NCBI GenBank assembly: GCA_977030845.1
Contig: OZ365112.1
Location: 21,514,001 to 21,578,000 of the forward strand
Direction of reading: 5' to 3'
DNA length: 64,000 nucleotides
DNA from: Fimbriosthenelais zetlandica
Taxonomy: Eukaryota
Shown one piece after another: positions 11,289 through 25,200 of the stretch (position 1 is its first letter; every line of letters starts with the position of its first letter). The notes below the pieces were generated by a model. That model made no database searches, was not told where the DNA came from, and worked only from the letters and a program-made list of their open reading frames with translations. A program made the translations under genes and the position numbers.

Positions 11289-12535
11289 ACACATACCTTC
11301 CTATCTACAATTTCTTTTTTTTCTTTTTTTGGTGGGGGGATGTTGGACTGGCTGCCTGAGTATGGACTGGTTTAAATAGTATAGCCTAGGACTATAGTTG
11401 AGGTTCGATTAATGGGGTTCGGAAATTTAGCAGTGGAATAGGTCACACAGAGAATATTCTTACGATAATTGTGATATTGGCTTGTGTTGTGTTGTAAATA
11501 TTTTTTATTATCTTAGAAAGGCAATTGATCCTGCAGGTGTGTTAACCTTGGAGACTAAAATCTTTATACCAGAATTTCCCATTCATCCCAACACCGAATG
11601 AAAGATCCATAGCCTCTTGCTCTGCCAAAGGCTAAACCCTAATGATATCGTGAATCTTCCCTCCACCCATTGGATCATCAAAGGCCAGACCGAACTATTC
11701 CTGTACACAGAATTCAATTTTACCGATTTCAAACGGTGGAGTGTGCTCTTGTGCCTCTTGTGCTATCGCCGGTCCATTAACAAGTGCATTTGACTAATCA
11801 GGGAATTGCTAGAAGGGTGTTGGTAGCTCTACATCAGATTCTGTGTACATTGTCTTTAGGGAACACCCAAGGCTTACAATACATGTAAGATAAAATATAA
11901 CCTCTTATTATTTCGGAAAATTGCCTCTCAATCTTTGATGGAAGTCAAAAAGTTAAATTGAATCATGTGTATTACTTTGAACGTACTTTGCTATATTGCG
12001 TTTTCATGCCTGCTATCTGCGAGGAAAACATAGTGAGGTGGTGAATGTAAACATTTTTGATAAAATACTGCTTTCCATGCAAGTTGCGTCCAACGACAAA
12101 CACTAAAAAAGCACCTTGTTCCCTAATCAAGGAAAAGGGGGCAATGGGAGGAAGCGGTCTCAATTGCTTGTGGCTTAGCAAGTGATTACATTACTGAAAA
12201 AGTGAACAGGAAACAAGGTTCTTATTCCTGCTGTCGTATAATTAAACAAAATCGGTGAACGTGTTCTGGCCTTTTTTGCACCCTCATTACTAACGGAATA
12301 TAGCCTTTCCATTATAGCCAATGTGCTAGCTCATTTAGCTACACGTTCAAATAACGATTTTAAAAACATTCTGATTGCTATTTCATAAGACACCCTTGAA
12401 TTAATGTCAAATATAATTGATATATTTTGTTTAGTTTTTACTCATAGAAATCATTTCTAGTAAAATCCTTCAAGTTCAGACCTTGTACAATTAAAGGAAA
12501 GGAAGAAGAGAGAATGAATCTAACTAAAGTATATA

Positions 12536-12553
12536 ATATATATATATATATGT
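12536..12553. repeat. (AT)9 microsatellite
   Basis: Read directly from sequence. Confidence 0.9.
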
Positions 12554-15500
12554 GAGTACCCATCTGATCATTCTGTTCCATCAAAGTTATCAACCATATG
12601 GCAGAATAGACATACTCTTCTGACATTATAGGCTCTGGATGTACTTGTATCTTTTATCTTCTGCTGAGGATCACATCTGGGGCATACTTAAACACTGGAT
12701 AGTTGGCCTGGCTCCGAAATAATGCATTTTCATTACATAAAGAGTGGTTCCAGCCATAGATTTTGTTCTATACTAGAAAGTGGGGACATGCGGCCACAGT
12801 TGGTATTGTCATTTTGTCTGGGTATATCTAAGATTTTCTTCCACTTTCGGTTAATGATATTGCAATAGTAATAGCCCGAAGATATAAATCTCAATCATGG
12901 GATCATTAGTGCCAATGTTAAGAGTCGTTAAGGTTATTTCTGCCATCACCATGAAGGAGTCATTGTCTGAATATATGCTATTTGTTTTACCATTAGACTA
13001 AACAGATGCTCGAGGCTTGAACCGGTGGCAAGCAGTGAGATATAGTAATGCAAATATTATAAAGTATTCCAGCATCACAGCCTTTTACGGTGTCCGTAAA
13101 TTACAATGAGATATTTCTGGAAGTGCCCACGAGGCTGTCGCTGTATGCTTTGTACCATTAATTTGTTTGTTGTATATGCTGCAGAATTTCTTCCCATTGC
13201 GTGACACCTGGAAGGCAAGGCTTTTATCTACAAAGGTTTTTTTGTGATAGATATTAATCCCTAGTTCCAAAAAGTGATTTTTTTTTTACTATTTTACTGA
13301 ATTTAAGATGGGAGGATGGTATGAGATCGGAGCTAAGGCAGTTACTTGTCAAAGCTCGCTCCTGGCCAGGTTGAGCTGCTCAGATTTTAATGTCAGTATG
13401 TAGGTCCATCAACATGACAGAACAGTAATTATTCACGTCTTCTGGCATTGATGTATTCTATCCCCTGTTCCCTATTGTTAACACAGCCCGCGTGGCCATG
13501 AAAGTCAACCATCTGACTGTCCACTGCATTACAATGTATCCCTGTTCAGAAATAAGAACCCTCGCAATATGGCCAATACTGACCAGTGGGAATAACTCTT
13601 ACTCAATTACCCCTGGTGGATAAATGTCCTCTTTCTCTCAGGGAAGTATATGGAGAATACAAATCTCTCATTACATGGGCGGCAGATATAGGTGACCACT
13701 ATAGGAAAAGCCTTGCTCAGCTGTCCCCATTGTGGCTTATATGAGCAACTGAGGCATTTTATAGTAGACAGATCAGCACTCTCCATGTGTCACTTTTTCG
13801 TGGGCTCTAGGTAATGGTGCATCCTAGAAAAGAGTTGAGGAGGGAATTGGAGGCTGAATAGTGAACAGCTTGGTGAGCTAAGTAGCAGAATGCAATTGTG
13901 CAGTAAGTGGTAGTGCTGAGGAGAATGACGACTGCCCAGGCCCTTTTGTGTTAGAGAATAGATATAGAAGTTGGCGAGTGTCAGACCTTTAGACTGAATT
14001 GTTGGTGGGTTTCATATATATCATCCGTAGGGTGCTTCATTCTAGACACTCATTCATAGAGAACGATCCATACCAGTAATTTATGTTTTAGCAACGGATT
14101 AGGTATTATAAAACTGGTAGTTAATATTATTAATGCCATGCAAGCAACAATAATTGTCAGGTGCTTCCATGGACGCCCAAGGGCATGGTTTGTAGTTATT
14201 AAAATATTTAGTTTTTAACTGTTGATCTGCCCTTTTCAATTAATCCATTGGTAAACATCAGAACGCCACCTCTCTATTTTTATACTCCTGATTCCATTTC
14301 TTTGATTGCAAGAATCAAACGTGTTGACACATCCAACATAATGCAATTGGTATCAACGGAAATTAAGCATTGATTTCTACTCCTTGGCATCGATTTTTAA
14401 CCTCCTCATAGTTACAGATCATAGTTACCTAAAAGTCATCTGTCATGCTCTCATAAAAGCAATCTACATGAAGAGATGAAAAAATAACATGGGTGTTTGA
14501 TCATCGAAAGAAATGCTACAGACCTAATGATTTTCTCTGGTTTCATTTTCTTTGAGACGGCAGGGATATTGAATGGGTTACTGGGGTGGGCGCGCTCTAA
14601 TCTGGTCAGACCCTGGGCAGATTGCATTGCCTCTGGGTGGAGCGCTTTAGCACCCAATGCTTTGGGGAATAACTCAGGGCCATGGCACATGAGTGGGAGT
14701 AACTCCTAACGAAGAATCCTCAGGCGATCGATCCCGAGGTACCGGTAGATGTAATTAAAATAGTATCGAATGCAAGCAAGCAACAGAAATTGACTTTGTC
14801 TCAGCTCAATGGTTCCGAATTTGTGTGCAGCATTTCATAGTAGCTTTCTGGTAAATGGTAGGAAAAAAGTATAATCAAATGACTCGATTAGTCTTAATAA
14901 CAAATGATCCTGTACATTAAAGCCTTATGAGGTAGAAAGGTATAATGGCTTTTGATGAACATGAAGTACTTTGGACATGGTTCAGACTGAACATTCTATG
15001 TATCCATAATGTTATTTCCCTAGTTAATCGATGCATACATTATTATACATGTATATCCTATGTAATATAAATATTGCCAGGGAAGTTTAGCTTATCGGCC
15101 CTTGCGATTGGTCGTTATAGTATGTGACGGGAAACTACTGACTACTGATCACAAATCGTATTTTGGTGATTCCACGTGTCGTTTGCATTGCTAAAACAAA
15201 TGATTGATGATACTTAACTTCTTTTTATAAATCTTCTTGATGTCCCCTGTGCATTATTTTTTTTTTCCAAATAACTCTGCACAAGAAGGGTATGTTGTCA
15301 GCTGATTTAAATCGAATGATGTCCGAATATGTTTTATATTAAGTTAATGTGAATTTGGACGAGTAAGTAACAACTTGTGATGATATTTTACAGACTCACC
15401 TAATTGGCAATTTGGCGAGGGGAAGAGGAGATACTTCGTGACGGGGAAAATGGATGAGTTGATGCTGAAAAGATATGGCGGAGGTGTCAGAAGTAAGGTG

Positions 15501-17259
15501 AGATCTTTTGATCTTTCCCATTAGTATTCTGCAACACGGGGGCATCATTTCTTTGTGTTGCAGCCATGGCCAGGGAGGTTGTATCTAGCGAGGATACCCT
15601 AGAGCAGAAGTAGTCTTATTTAATCCTGAGTGGCTTCAAAACCTAGAGGAGTGAAGTCATGTTTATATTATTTTCTTTTTATACATGTAGGCCTAATTAC
15701 TTCACTTTTTCCCACAAAATACTTGATCCTCTACCATCCAGAACCCCATTAAGTAACACCTAGCAGTGTTATATATACCAATAAGGCCTTCTCTTAAATA
15801 TATTCGCAGTATACACACAGAATCTGACAACGATCATAGCATAAAAGGTTGGTTGTATGAACATTTTATATCAGCTGGACAACTAACAACGGGCCTTATA
15901 AATCCCATGGAATGAGGAGCTGGGGCCTAGGTTAATTCTGATCTATGATGTGAGTGAATGGGGACCATTGCCAATGATAAAGATGTAGGGTACCTCTGAT
16001 ACTTAAACAGACCTTACCAGACCTACTTGGATATCATGACGCAGTTTGACCACTTACAGCATATTGGTTCCAGTACACCGCTGGGACTTTATTGCTATGG
16101 GGGATAACTACATTGGCAGTAGAAGTTCCAGTTCATTTTGGTCACCACTTTCCACTATGATATCATTCACCTGTGCAAAAAGTGCAGCACCACCATATGC
16201 TGCATATTGTGCGTTCTCCATATCCCTGGATGAATGTTATGACTCTGAATAATTTAATCTGAAAAAGGTCTCGGGAATTCACCACAATGTATTATTAATT
16301 TGTCTCACTTGTCAGTTGATTTTGAAAGTTGGAACCTTACAGCTTTGAAATTCTATTCCTTTCTGATTACTTTTTTTTCCTAGTGCTTTCTCACTCATCC
16401 ATCATTCCTGTTCCTCTACTGTTGGCACCGCGGGAACAACTTACAATGTCCCTATTTATGAAGCACTGGCCAGTTTTCTCTGCTGGAGATGATGCCATTG
16501 CTGCAATACAAATGCTTTATACCTCAGCAATGGCTTCAGCATAAGGTGCTTATCCCATCACCATATCAACCCTCATATCTCTCATAAATGGTCTGACCCA
16601 AAATGGGGCTGCTTTAGGAGGGCTTGTATTGGCAGCATCAATTCATTGTGACATAGGGGGCCCAGAAGGCTGATATAAGGAAGGTGGCTGGAAGGTGACT
16701 GCCTTATGAGGGACAGGCTGGTAAATCGATTATCCAAGTGATAATTCTCCGGGCAAATGTCTGGGTCAAGTTTAGACACACTGCCTCTCAAACTGTTAAT
16801 ACTTTACATTGTTAGCTGGGGGGACCTTGACCCAGGCGTGGATGTTAAAGGATGGATAAGATCTTTAAAATATTTGCAACTGTTGTGCGGCAGACAAATT
16901 AATGAAACATTTGAGCGTCCCGAGTTAGCTGTATTGCAGTGTTTGAGTGGCACGGAAGAGTTTCAATTTCCTGTCAAACGAACTGATTAAAATCATTCGT
17001 AATAGTAGATATTTCAATTCGCCAATTGTTCTCATAAAACTTATTGCGATTAAAATGTGCATTTAATGCCTAACTAGTGGATCCCTCATGAAAAGGTGAT
17101 ACTCAATCATGGAGTTTTGTGGGGGTTTTTGACCATGTGAATCATTTCCAAAATCAAAATGTTGTTTTCCTTTCCAAATTCAAACATAGATTTGTGGGAT
17201 TTTGTTAGCCATCATCATTTGCCAGTAAATTGGCATATAAAGTGCAAAAGGCCCCCTAA

Positions 17260-17289
17260 CCCCCCCCCCCCCCCCCCACACACACACAC
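17260..17289. repeat. C18 homopolymer joined to a short (AC)n microsatellite
   Basis: Read directly from sequence. Confidence 0.9.
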
Positions 17290-18984
17290 CACTATAACCA
17301 AGCCAAGGTAGGGTATGACTCCCTTTCCATTATCTAAGCTCCTAAATATTCAATTTACTGTGCTATGCTGCTTATCTCTGATGGCCTTTTATATCTATAG
17401 ACAGGTGGACTGATATATGGTGTGGAGATCTCTCACATAACAATTACACTCTCAAACACGCAAGGTATTGGCAGGACAATTGTCAGGGCGAGAGATCATC
17501 CAGGGCCAAAGCTCATAACGGCCAACTGGCAATTAATACAGGGGATACTAGAGTAGTGAAATGATACACTTTGTACAATGTAAGGTGAAATCGTAACATT
17601 ACTCTTTCAATTTCAAGAAAAATATGGCTTTGGAAGTCTGACACAGCATGGCCCGAGGAACTAGGCATGACATTAGAAACAGCCAATTTTCCTTGACAAA
17701 AAGAAAAGAGAAATTTCACAGTCTCTCTTAATGCCTGTCTTGATATACTGCCGAAGATATATAGCTCTTCTCCCACCTACTATAATAAGTGCTTCCTCTC
17801 CCAAACACTTGGCCAGCTTGAGCAAACCCAACTTTCCCTCCATGGGCTGTGTTATCGCATATCCTCTTGGGGGAGGACCACATGGATATTGCTCAAAGTT
17901 GCTCAAGGTATTGAGGGATACTGTAAACCTTCATACTAGCCTCGAGGGGCTAGGGATGATGGCCAACTGGCGTGGTGCTTTTGCTCCAAGGAAACAGGTC
18001 CATAAGTAATTGAGACAGGCCTTGCTGAAACTGCCACTCAGAGTTCCTTATGTTCCATGCCTAACTGCATGACACATGAGCTTTCCCCGGCCAGGACATG
18101 AGAAAGACCTGGAATCAATGACAGAGCTATTTGTGTCATGTCAAGTAGGTTTTATAAGAGATCCAGCATGTTCATAGATGACCGGTAAAGACCCCAGTGC
18201 ACCAAGCAGTTACTGACTCCATTACCACGGCAAATGGCCTTCTACAGTAGTCTTTAGGGATTACTTTCATACATGGATCATTTCTATTATCAGATCATTT
18301 GCCTGCAATTTCAAGAATAAGTTTTCAATGCTTTCTGACCAGTATATGTATACTCCTACCCCCTGGTACATTGTGCGATGCTATTTGGTATTTACACAGG
18401 ACATATAGGATTATATGTGCAGAATTCCTGTGTATGATCATAGTTCTTATGACTTTCTTGTACAAGATATATAAGGATTTTAATCTGTCCAATGTGGTTG
18501 ATTCTATACTTTGATATAGCACCCTCGGTTCTCATTGCCATCCATTTCGTATTGCCCATCACCTCTCCGGCATCTCTCCTTTAAAAAAAATTGATTGCCA
18601 TTTTCTGTCATTTAGTGCATTCCATAATTGGGAAGAGGGCCTGCTGGAGACGAGAATCGTTTTTTCTGTGTCCCTGGGATTAATTACTGGTAAGAAAATC
18701 GAGCAAGAACTTAATGAGGAGTGATTAATATAGATGTAAGGCTTAAGCTGATCATGGCTGGGGATCCGCGGCACATGTGATGGGGTGTGAGGAAAACAGG
18801 GCGATACTAAAGACTTTAAGAACTACTGAAATCTAATGAAGTTAAGGAAACCGTCAATTGATCATTTTAATCATGCTCTCCCATATGTGGAGAGTTCTAT
18901 TTCATTTAATTCCATTTTGAACATGATATCTGGAATGAGCATATAATATTATATTTGTCTGCTAGTCCTCAAGTAGTAGGAACA

Positions 18985-19222
18985 TACTGTTTAACATTTG
19001 ACAACAGATGGATGTATATTACACATAGACCTATACTGTTTAACGTTTGACAACAGATGGTGCATATTTTACATAGGCCTATACTGTTTAACATTTGACA
19101 ACAGATGGATCTATTATCATACATAGGCCTATTTTTTAACATATGAAACGGATGGATGTTGCCATGTTATACATGGGCCTACTGTTTAACATTTGACAAC
19201 AGATGGATGTATATTTTACATA
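18985..19222. repeat. Minisatellite, five units of ~47-50 bp
   Basis: Consensus tactgtttaacatttgacaacagatggat-(variable)-acataggccta. Units start near 18985, 19034, 19082, 19132 and 19180; unit 4 is degenerate. Confidence 0.9.
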
Positions 19223-22200
19223 CTATTATATCACAACTTTGCGTGCTACAACACTCCTATATAATATACAAGTAAATGTATAAACGACAATCCTCAGATT
19301 TATACTGCACCAAAATCCAATAAGTTAGTTGAAATTTGATATTCTTCCCTAAATAAGTTGTGATAATGGGATTCGCACCACTTCCCCTATCTAGCTTATC
19401 ATTGACGTCACTCTGGTTTGTTGTAGGCGGTGAGGAGAGGATACAGTTCCAGAGAACTCAGCCTCCTGACATGTCAACAACGTGCCCACAGTTTCTTTCC
19501 TCCCATCATCTGAACATTAAGACAAGGTAGGCGTCATCATCATTCCCCGCTTGTCCTTTATAGGTTTAAGCATTATGAATTATTCATTATGTGGGGGGAA
19601 TGCATGGAAGTCTGAGTATTTTAGAAGCCGAGTGCCAGTTTAGCTTATGATAAAAGACATCGGGTTCGGGAGATAATATTATATAGGGAAATTCATCCTA
19701 CTCGAATACAAAACTGCAGCTTATCAGATATTTTAGGTATTTCATAATTGACGAAAATACTTGACGAAATATTCCCTGTATATTATATTCTTTTAATACT
19801 CTGTACATGGGAGGGCATGTCATACATTATTAAAACTGAATTTGAAGCCATATTTCCAAATTAAGTCCTGATGAATATATTGTGGCAAGAAGTGTCCTCC
19901 TTAGCCAGCCATTTACCGCATGCAGCTGGCCACTGGGGAGTGATATCTCCTCTGTGTGACTGGATCTATTACCTTGTCACTCACAATTAATGAAGGCCTT
20001 GAAGGAAGGTAAAAAAAACCCTGGTTCAAGGTTAAGACGCTTGGCAAACGTGATAAAACAGGTGGTTAAAACGTAACGACCTCCTCATTGGTCTCCTCAT
20101 CTACATCCATGTGCAGATGCAAATATTACATGGGTCTCCTATTCGATTGGGATAATTGGGCCCCACTACATATCTTGCTCGGATGATATGGGATACAACC
20201 TTGACCTTCCAATGAATTTTTCACTACCATTTAGGAGAAACCCGCTTGCTGCCGATGAAAATTATTAATGCTCTCGGCAGTAACATAAAGAAGTTGGGTG
20301 CAGGAAGGACCATATAGATTTGCGCACAAAGGATGCCCTGTAGATAATATAAATTCCATCCTCAGTAGTCATGGTAGATGGTCTTGCTGCTTTATCAGCC
20401 CTATAACGTTAATCTACTACCTTATCTCTACTAAAATGAGCATATTGAAAAAAATAGCCCTTGGCTGTTTATCATAGCTGTGCTTAATTTGGTATGCTTT
20501 GTTGCATTCGTCTCTACATGAACTTACTTGGAATAAATGTCTTACAAATGTCATAAATGTGAACTTAGTTAACATGTGATTGCTTTCTTTGCTGGAGGTA
20601 ATAATAAACACAAGAGCGGACACTTTCTATACAGCTACAAGGGAAAGGCATAATTTCATTATATAACCGTCCCTAGTGCTTTACAAATAAGTCTCTTGTG
20701 TTTTGTCATAATATTGCTGGATCTGTCTTGTGAACAGTTCACCTTTAGAAGCCCTCCTTTACCCATCGATGCTGGTGTGAGGAAGGCCTTGAGGTTGGTG
20801 GCGGTCAGTTATTGCAGGGCTGTTAATATCGACCAGCAATATGCATCAATAACTTAGGGCTGGCTGAGCTGCTATTGAGAAAAGTTTGGAGAGCTGCTTA
20901 TTCTCCTGACATGTCCGTAGTCCCTTTATAAAGAAATGTTAAAGGGGGTCCATTGAGGTGAGCTTCACATTAAATTCAGGACGCTAAAGATAGAACCTTG
21001 TAATTTTGTGATTATGGTTCGTCTTGGCCAAACTTTCAACACTGAGTCACTCTTTGACTGAGTGTTGTTACATAAATAGATTTGTCTGCAGGTAAGAACT
21101 TAATAGACCGTTCGTTGTTTATATACTTATCTCTCTTAAAGGAGTTGGCAGTCTGAATCTATCGTAAGTAAATAAGCATGAAGACTTTTCCCCAGGACTT
21201 GCAGTACCTTCCCACAGCAGCTGAGCCTCCCTGATTCATAGTGACCTTTTTGCAGCCCATGGGAGAATTGTTGCAAAGAAGCTCTCAAACGTTATCAGAG
21301 AATAAAGTACTCTGTTCTGTTTAGAATACTCCTGATGACCGTATTCAAGGCGGTCAGAGACGACGAAAAATGAAGAAAGATGTGACCCAGTCTAAAATAC
21401 AGCCCCATCTTGGTAGAGAGGGCTGGAGAGGGGTTGCTGTTATCGTGAACTTCTCCTCTATAGTGTGCTCTGTCATGATCCCCGAGAGACATGAAGGGCT
21501 TCTGAAGGAATATTTGATTCTCATTGAAAGGTCTCCATCCTATTATGTATCAAGATATCTGTTGATCATCAGTGCTCCTTCAAGTAACAAAGAATTGACC
21601 CAGACTCCCATAATTTATAATGGGAGATAGTAATACCCGATATCTCTCTCTAAACTATCTCTTTCATGGAGACTTACTTACCGAAGTAGTCAATCAAGAG
21701 CCCATCTTGGTCTAGGTTCAAATGATCTTACTCTAAGCAATGATCTTATAAGCAGATTAGTCTTTCTCCTGAAGGTCTTTATCACGGTAGGTACAGATTC
21801 ACGTCCACAGGGATTTGCCTCCTATATCTGCTGGTGTATGGTTCTCTCGATCTTTTAGAACCTTTTTTTGTCTTTAGGCATTCACTCGATGCCCAATACT
21901 GATTGCCATGAAATCTTCTTTTATTGACACTCTATTTTATTCCACCACTCTCTTAAAGTGCACTTGGCAGCAAGATACGGCAAGATAAATCAATGAATAC
22001 ATGGACAGATATCTGTAATACAATTTAGACCTTGATGAGAGGTAATATTACCCCATTAGTGTACATAACACATGATCATTTACCAAGCATGGACGATGAT
22101 AAGTCTCCTTAGTAGGTCCTTAAATTACTTCCATACCCATTAAGGGCGAGGGGCTTGGATAAGTGGCTAGATTTATTCAATGTGGAATGAATTATGATAG

Positions 22201-25200
22201 AGTTATACACATTATCATAGCAAACTGGATAAAATCAATGTTCATTGTATCGCCTTTGCAAGGTGACATGCAGCAAGTATCAATTATCCACTCACATTAG
22301 TCTTACTCTTTCATTCTTTCCCCCGGGCCCTGTCTCTCGCTGCAGGAAGAAATCACCATTTTTGGACTTTTTCTCCCTGTCGTTAACGAGGATATTAACG
22401 TAAGCGACATGATTGATCTGGTGTATGATCACGGGGCACTATATGCAATCTTCCCTTGTAATCTCCTGTGCTACCTAGGTCTGCAGATGTGGTAGGGGAT
22501 ACCGCTGCGTGTTATCATACTCTGGAGCTATCTACCTCCACGCAAGAAGTTGTAGAGGCCTGCAGTGTTTTATCTGATGCTATATTTTATATAGTGTTCA
22601 GGATCCAAACTGTATCGAATAGAAAACAGAAAGCATTCTTGAATTTTTTCTTTGGATACAGGTAATAAACATATATGACAGAGAAGGTCCGCTTTAAGGC
22701 GACTTGCGTTGAATCACGCACTTTTCCCATTGTCCCTTAAGTAGGAAATTTCACAAATAATATTTAAAGTCTTTAAAATCTTTTGATTCCCTGGATTTCA
22801 TGCATGCTTTGTCTGAAGATTCTAAACCAGTATTTTGGGCCTAAGGTTGGGTGACACCGTGCCCGTAAATTCTGATTTATCACCTGGATTACTGCCATTT
22901 CACTGGGTTTATGCCAGCCACATCAAACACTTAAATTCTGATTTATTCTCTTCAATATTATTACAAGGGTGTAAAAACCTAAGGCTTTTCCTACCAGAAG
23001 ATCCAGTTATGATTTACACACCTATTAAATGCCGGCAAAATCCTTCATTTCAAATTAACTTTTTCTTTTGATTTACTCAAGAATTTACCGAAACAAATTA
23101 CCGATGGTGTGAAATGCAATTCGATCACATCGCAGGTATCTCTATTCCCCAAAGTAGCCTGAAACTTCCATAATAGCCTTAGGTTACAACTCTCTGAGAA
23201 GCAGCATTAAAATGATTGAACAGGCTTTTCACATTTATAGAAGGATAACAGTTTTACACTGCTTGAACGCTCGCAAGCAAGCTGTATGAATAAATGCTTG
23301 GATGTGGGTAGTCAATAATATAAGTGATCGTATGCTGGGTGGATGGTGTATTTGGATCTCCATCCATCCATACTCCCCTGCTGAGCTGAGAGAGGACGTT
23401 TCATTAGCTGAGGCACTCGCTCACAGCTCGAGGCCAAGAGCTACTCCCCGATAGAGGTGAAAATTACGCTTCTCATTTTATGGAGTGGTCGCCAGTGGCT
23501 CAATTATAGACAGCCATGGGCAGCTTGGACCAGTCCTGCAAGATGTAAACTACTCTCAACAACCCACTGAAGCGAATACTTGTTAGTGCTGCACCAGATC
23601 AGGGTTGATTATACCTGATTATCAGATAAAACTGACAATTGGAGTATATATCCAAGAGGTTTACTAGCTGTGAGTTCATTGCAGACAGCCCGAAACCTTC
23701 CAAATGCATTTAATTGAAATAATCTGCCAATGAATGAAAATGGATACCTACAAGTCTCCGAAATCATTGTAATATCAATTATTTGTTAAGGATACAGTTT
23801 GTCCACAACAAACGAGACAGATTCGCGTGAAGCCAACCTAATATTAAAAGGTTGCAACCTGTTTTAAGCAGACTTGTTAATCGTGATATGATCTCCTTTG
23901 AAAATGGCCCTTAAAGGGTAACAAAACCCGTGAATTTGTGGAAACTGATGTTGCCTCCGTGTGCATTATCACAAAACATTACTACACACTGTTTGCTTGA
24001 GTCGGGTTTTCTCATCTTCCCTCTCTTCCATTGTTGTTACTTAACGCATTCAATGTAACCACTTGTGACGTCATCAACTGTGGAGCGCCTGATGTGACGT
24101 TTTGTCAGTGCATACCTCGAGAGACTATCTCTCTGGTCAGTGCATAGCGGCACAGTGTGATAAAGCTTGATTACATTGCAATGAGGAGGAATAACGAGGG
24201 GGAAATAGCTGTAAATGACTTTTTATTCATTCATAAATAATAATATCAAATTTGATTCTAGCCACTTTAGTTACCCTTTAAGACTGACACTATAAGAGAT
24301 AGTGGTAAAGCCCCTATCATAACCTTGATATCGACAATGAACAAATGTTTTAATATTCCACAAATGGAAGAAATGTTCCATTATCTTATATTAATAAGAA
24401 TGAGTCGGACCTTTTTAAAAGTTTATTGCAGGCTTAATTCTCATAAGCCCCCATGAAGGTATTACAAATCACGCCCACGTGTAATGTACTCTGAAAGTAA
24501 TGAGAAAAGGAAATAAAATTTGCACTCTTATTGTAGGGAAAAAGAGAAACTTATATCTCAGCTACACACTGCGGACTTGAAAATGTATAGTTGCAATTAA
24601 CAAACATAATGAATAAGAAACCTGCATTAAAGGGCATCGGATATAATAAATGTTAAGTCAGTTTCTATTTTTGAAACTCCTGTGAAATAAATGGCTGCAA
24701 AAATGCCAACACTGCTGATGGAAATTAAAGCTAGCTGCATGGGAAAGTATTCTCCGGATTAAGGAAGGGATGTGATTAATGGTATTTCCTTCACTTAAAT
24801 TGAATCAAGCACGAACGTGATAAGTATTTCTTCATCTGATTGCTAGGATTGAAAACCGAGGAGATAATTACAAGCCCGAATTCAATGGATTTCGGATACT
24901 TCTTGTGGGGGAGTTCAAGGTTAAATATTGATTAGAATTAGACATTATTGAAATGTTTGCACACGTATCTACGCTAGTGAACAGTAATACTACTAAATAA
25001 CTCATTCGTTTTCTCATTAAAAACTTTCGATTGAACAATAATTTGCTGATGTGAATAATATGATACTGGCCTGATGCATATCGGAAGTGCTTGTTGTAAG
25101 ATTTCTGACGGTGAAATCGAAATAGCATTCTGATACATGAGCATAACCTGGCAGGGGCCTTTATTGATTATTTTCTATATATGGTGCAAACATAACACCC

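Noticed and set aside
18985-19222. CRISPR-like repeat-spacer array
   Set aside because: The apparent spacers are homologous to each other and only ~20 bp, the context is eukaryotic and there are no cas genes.
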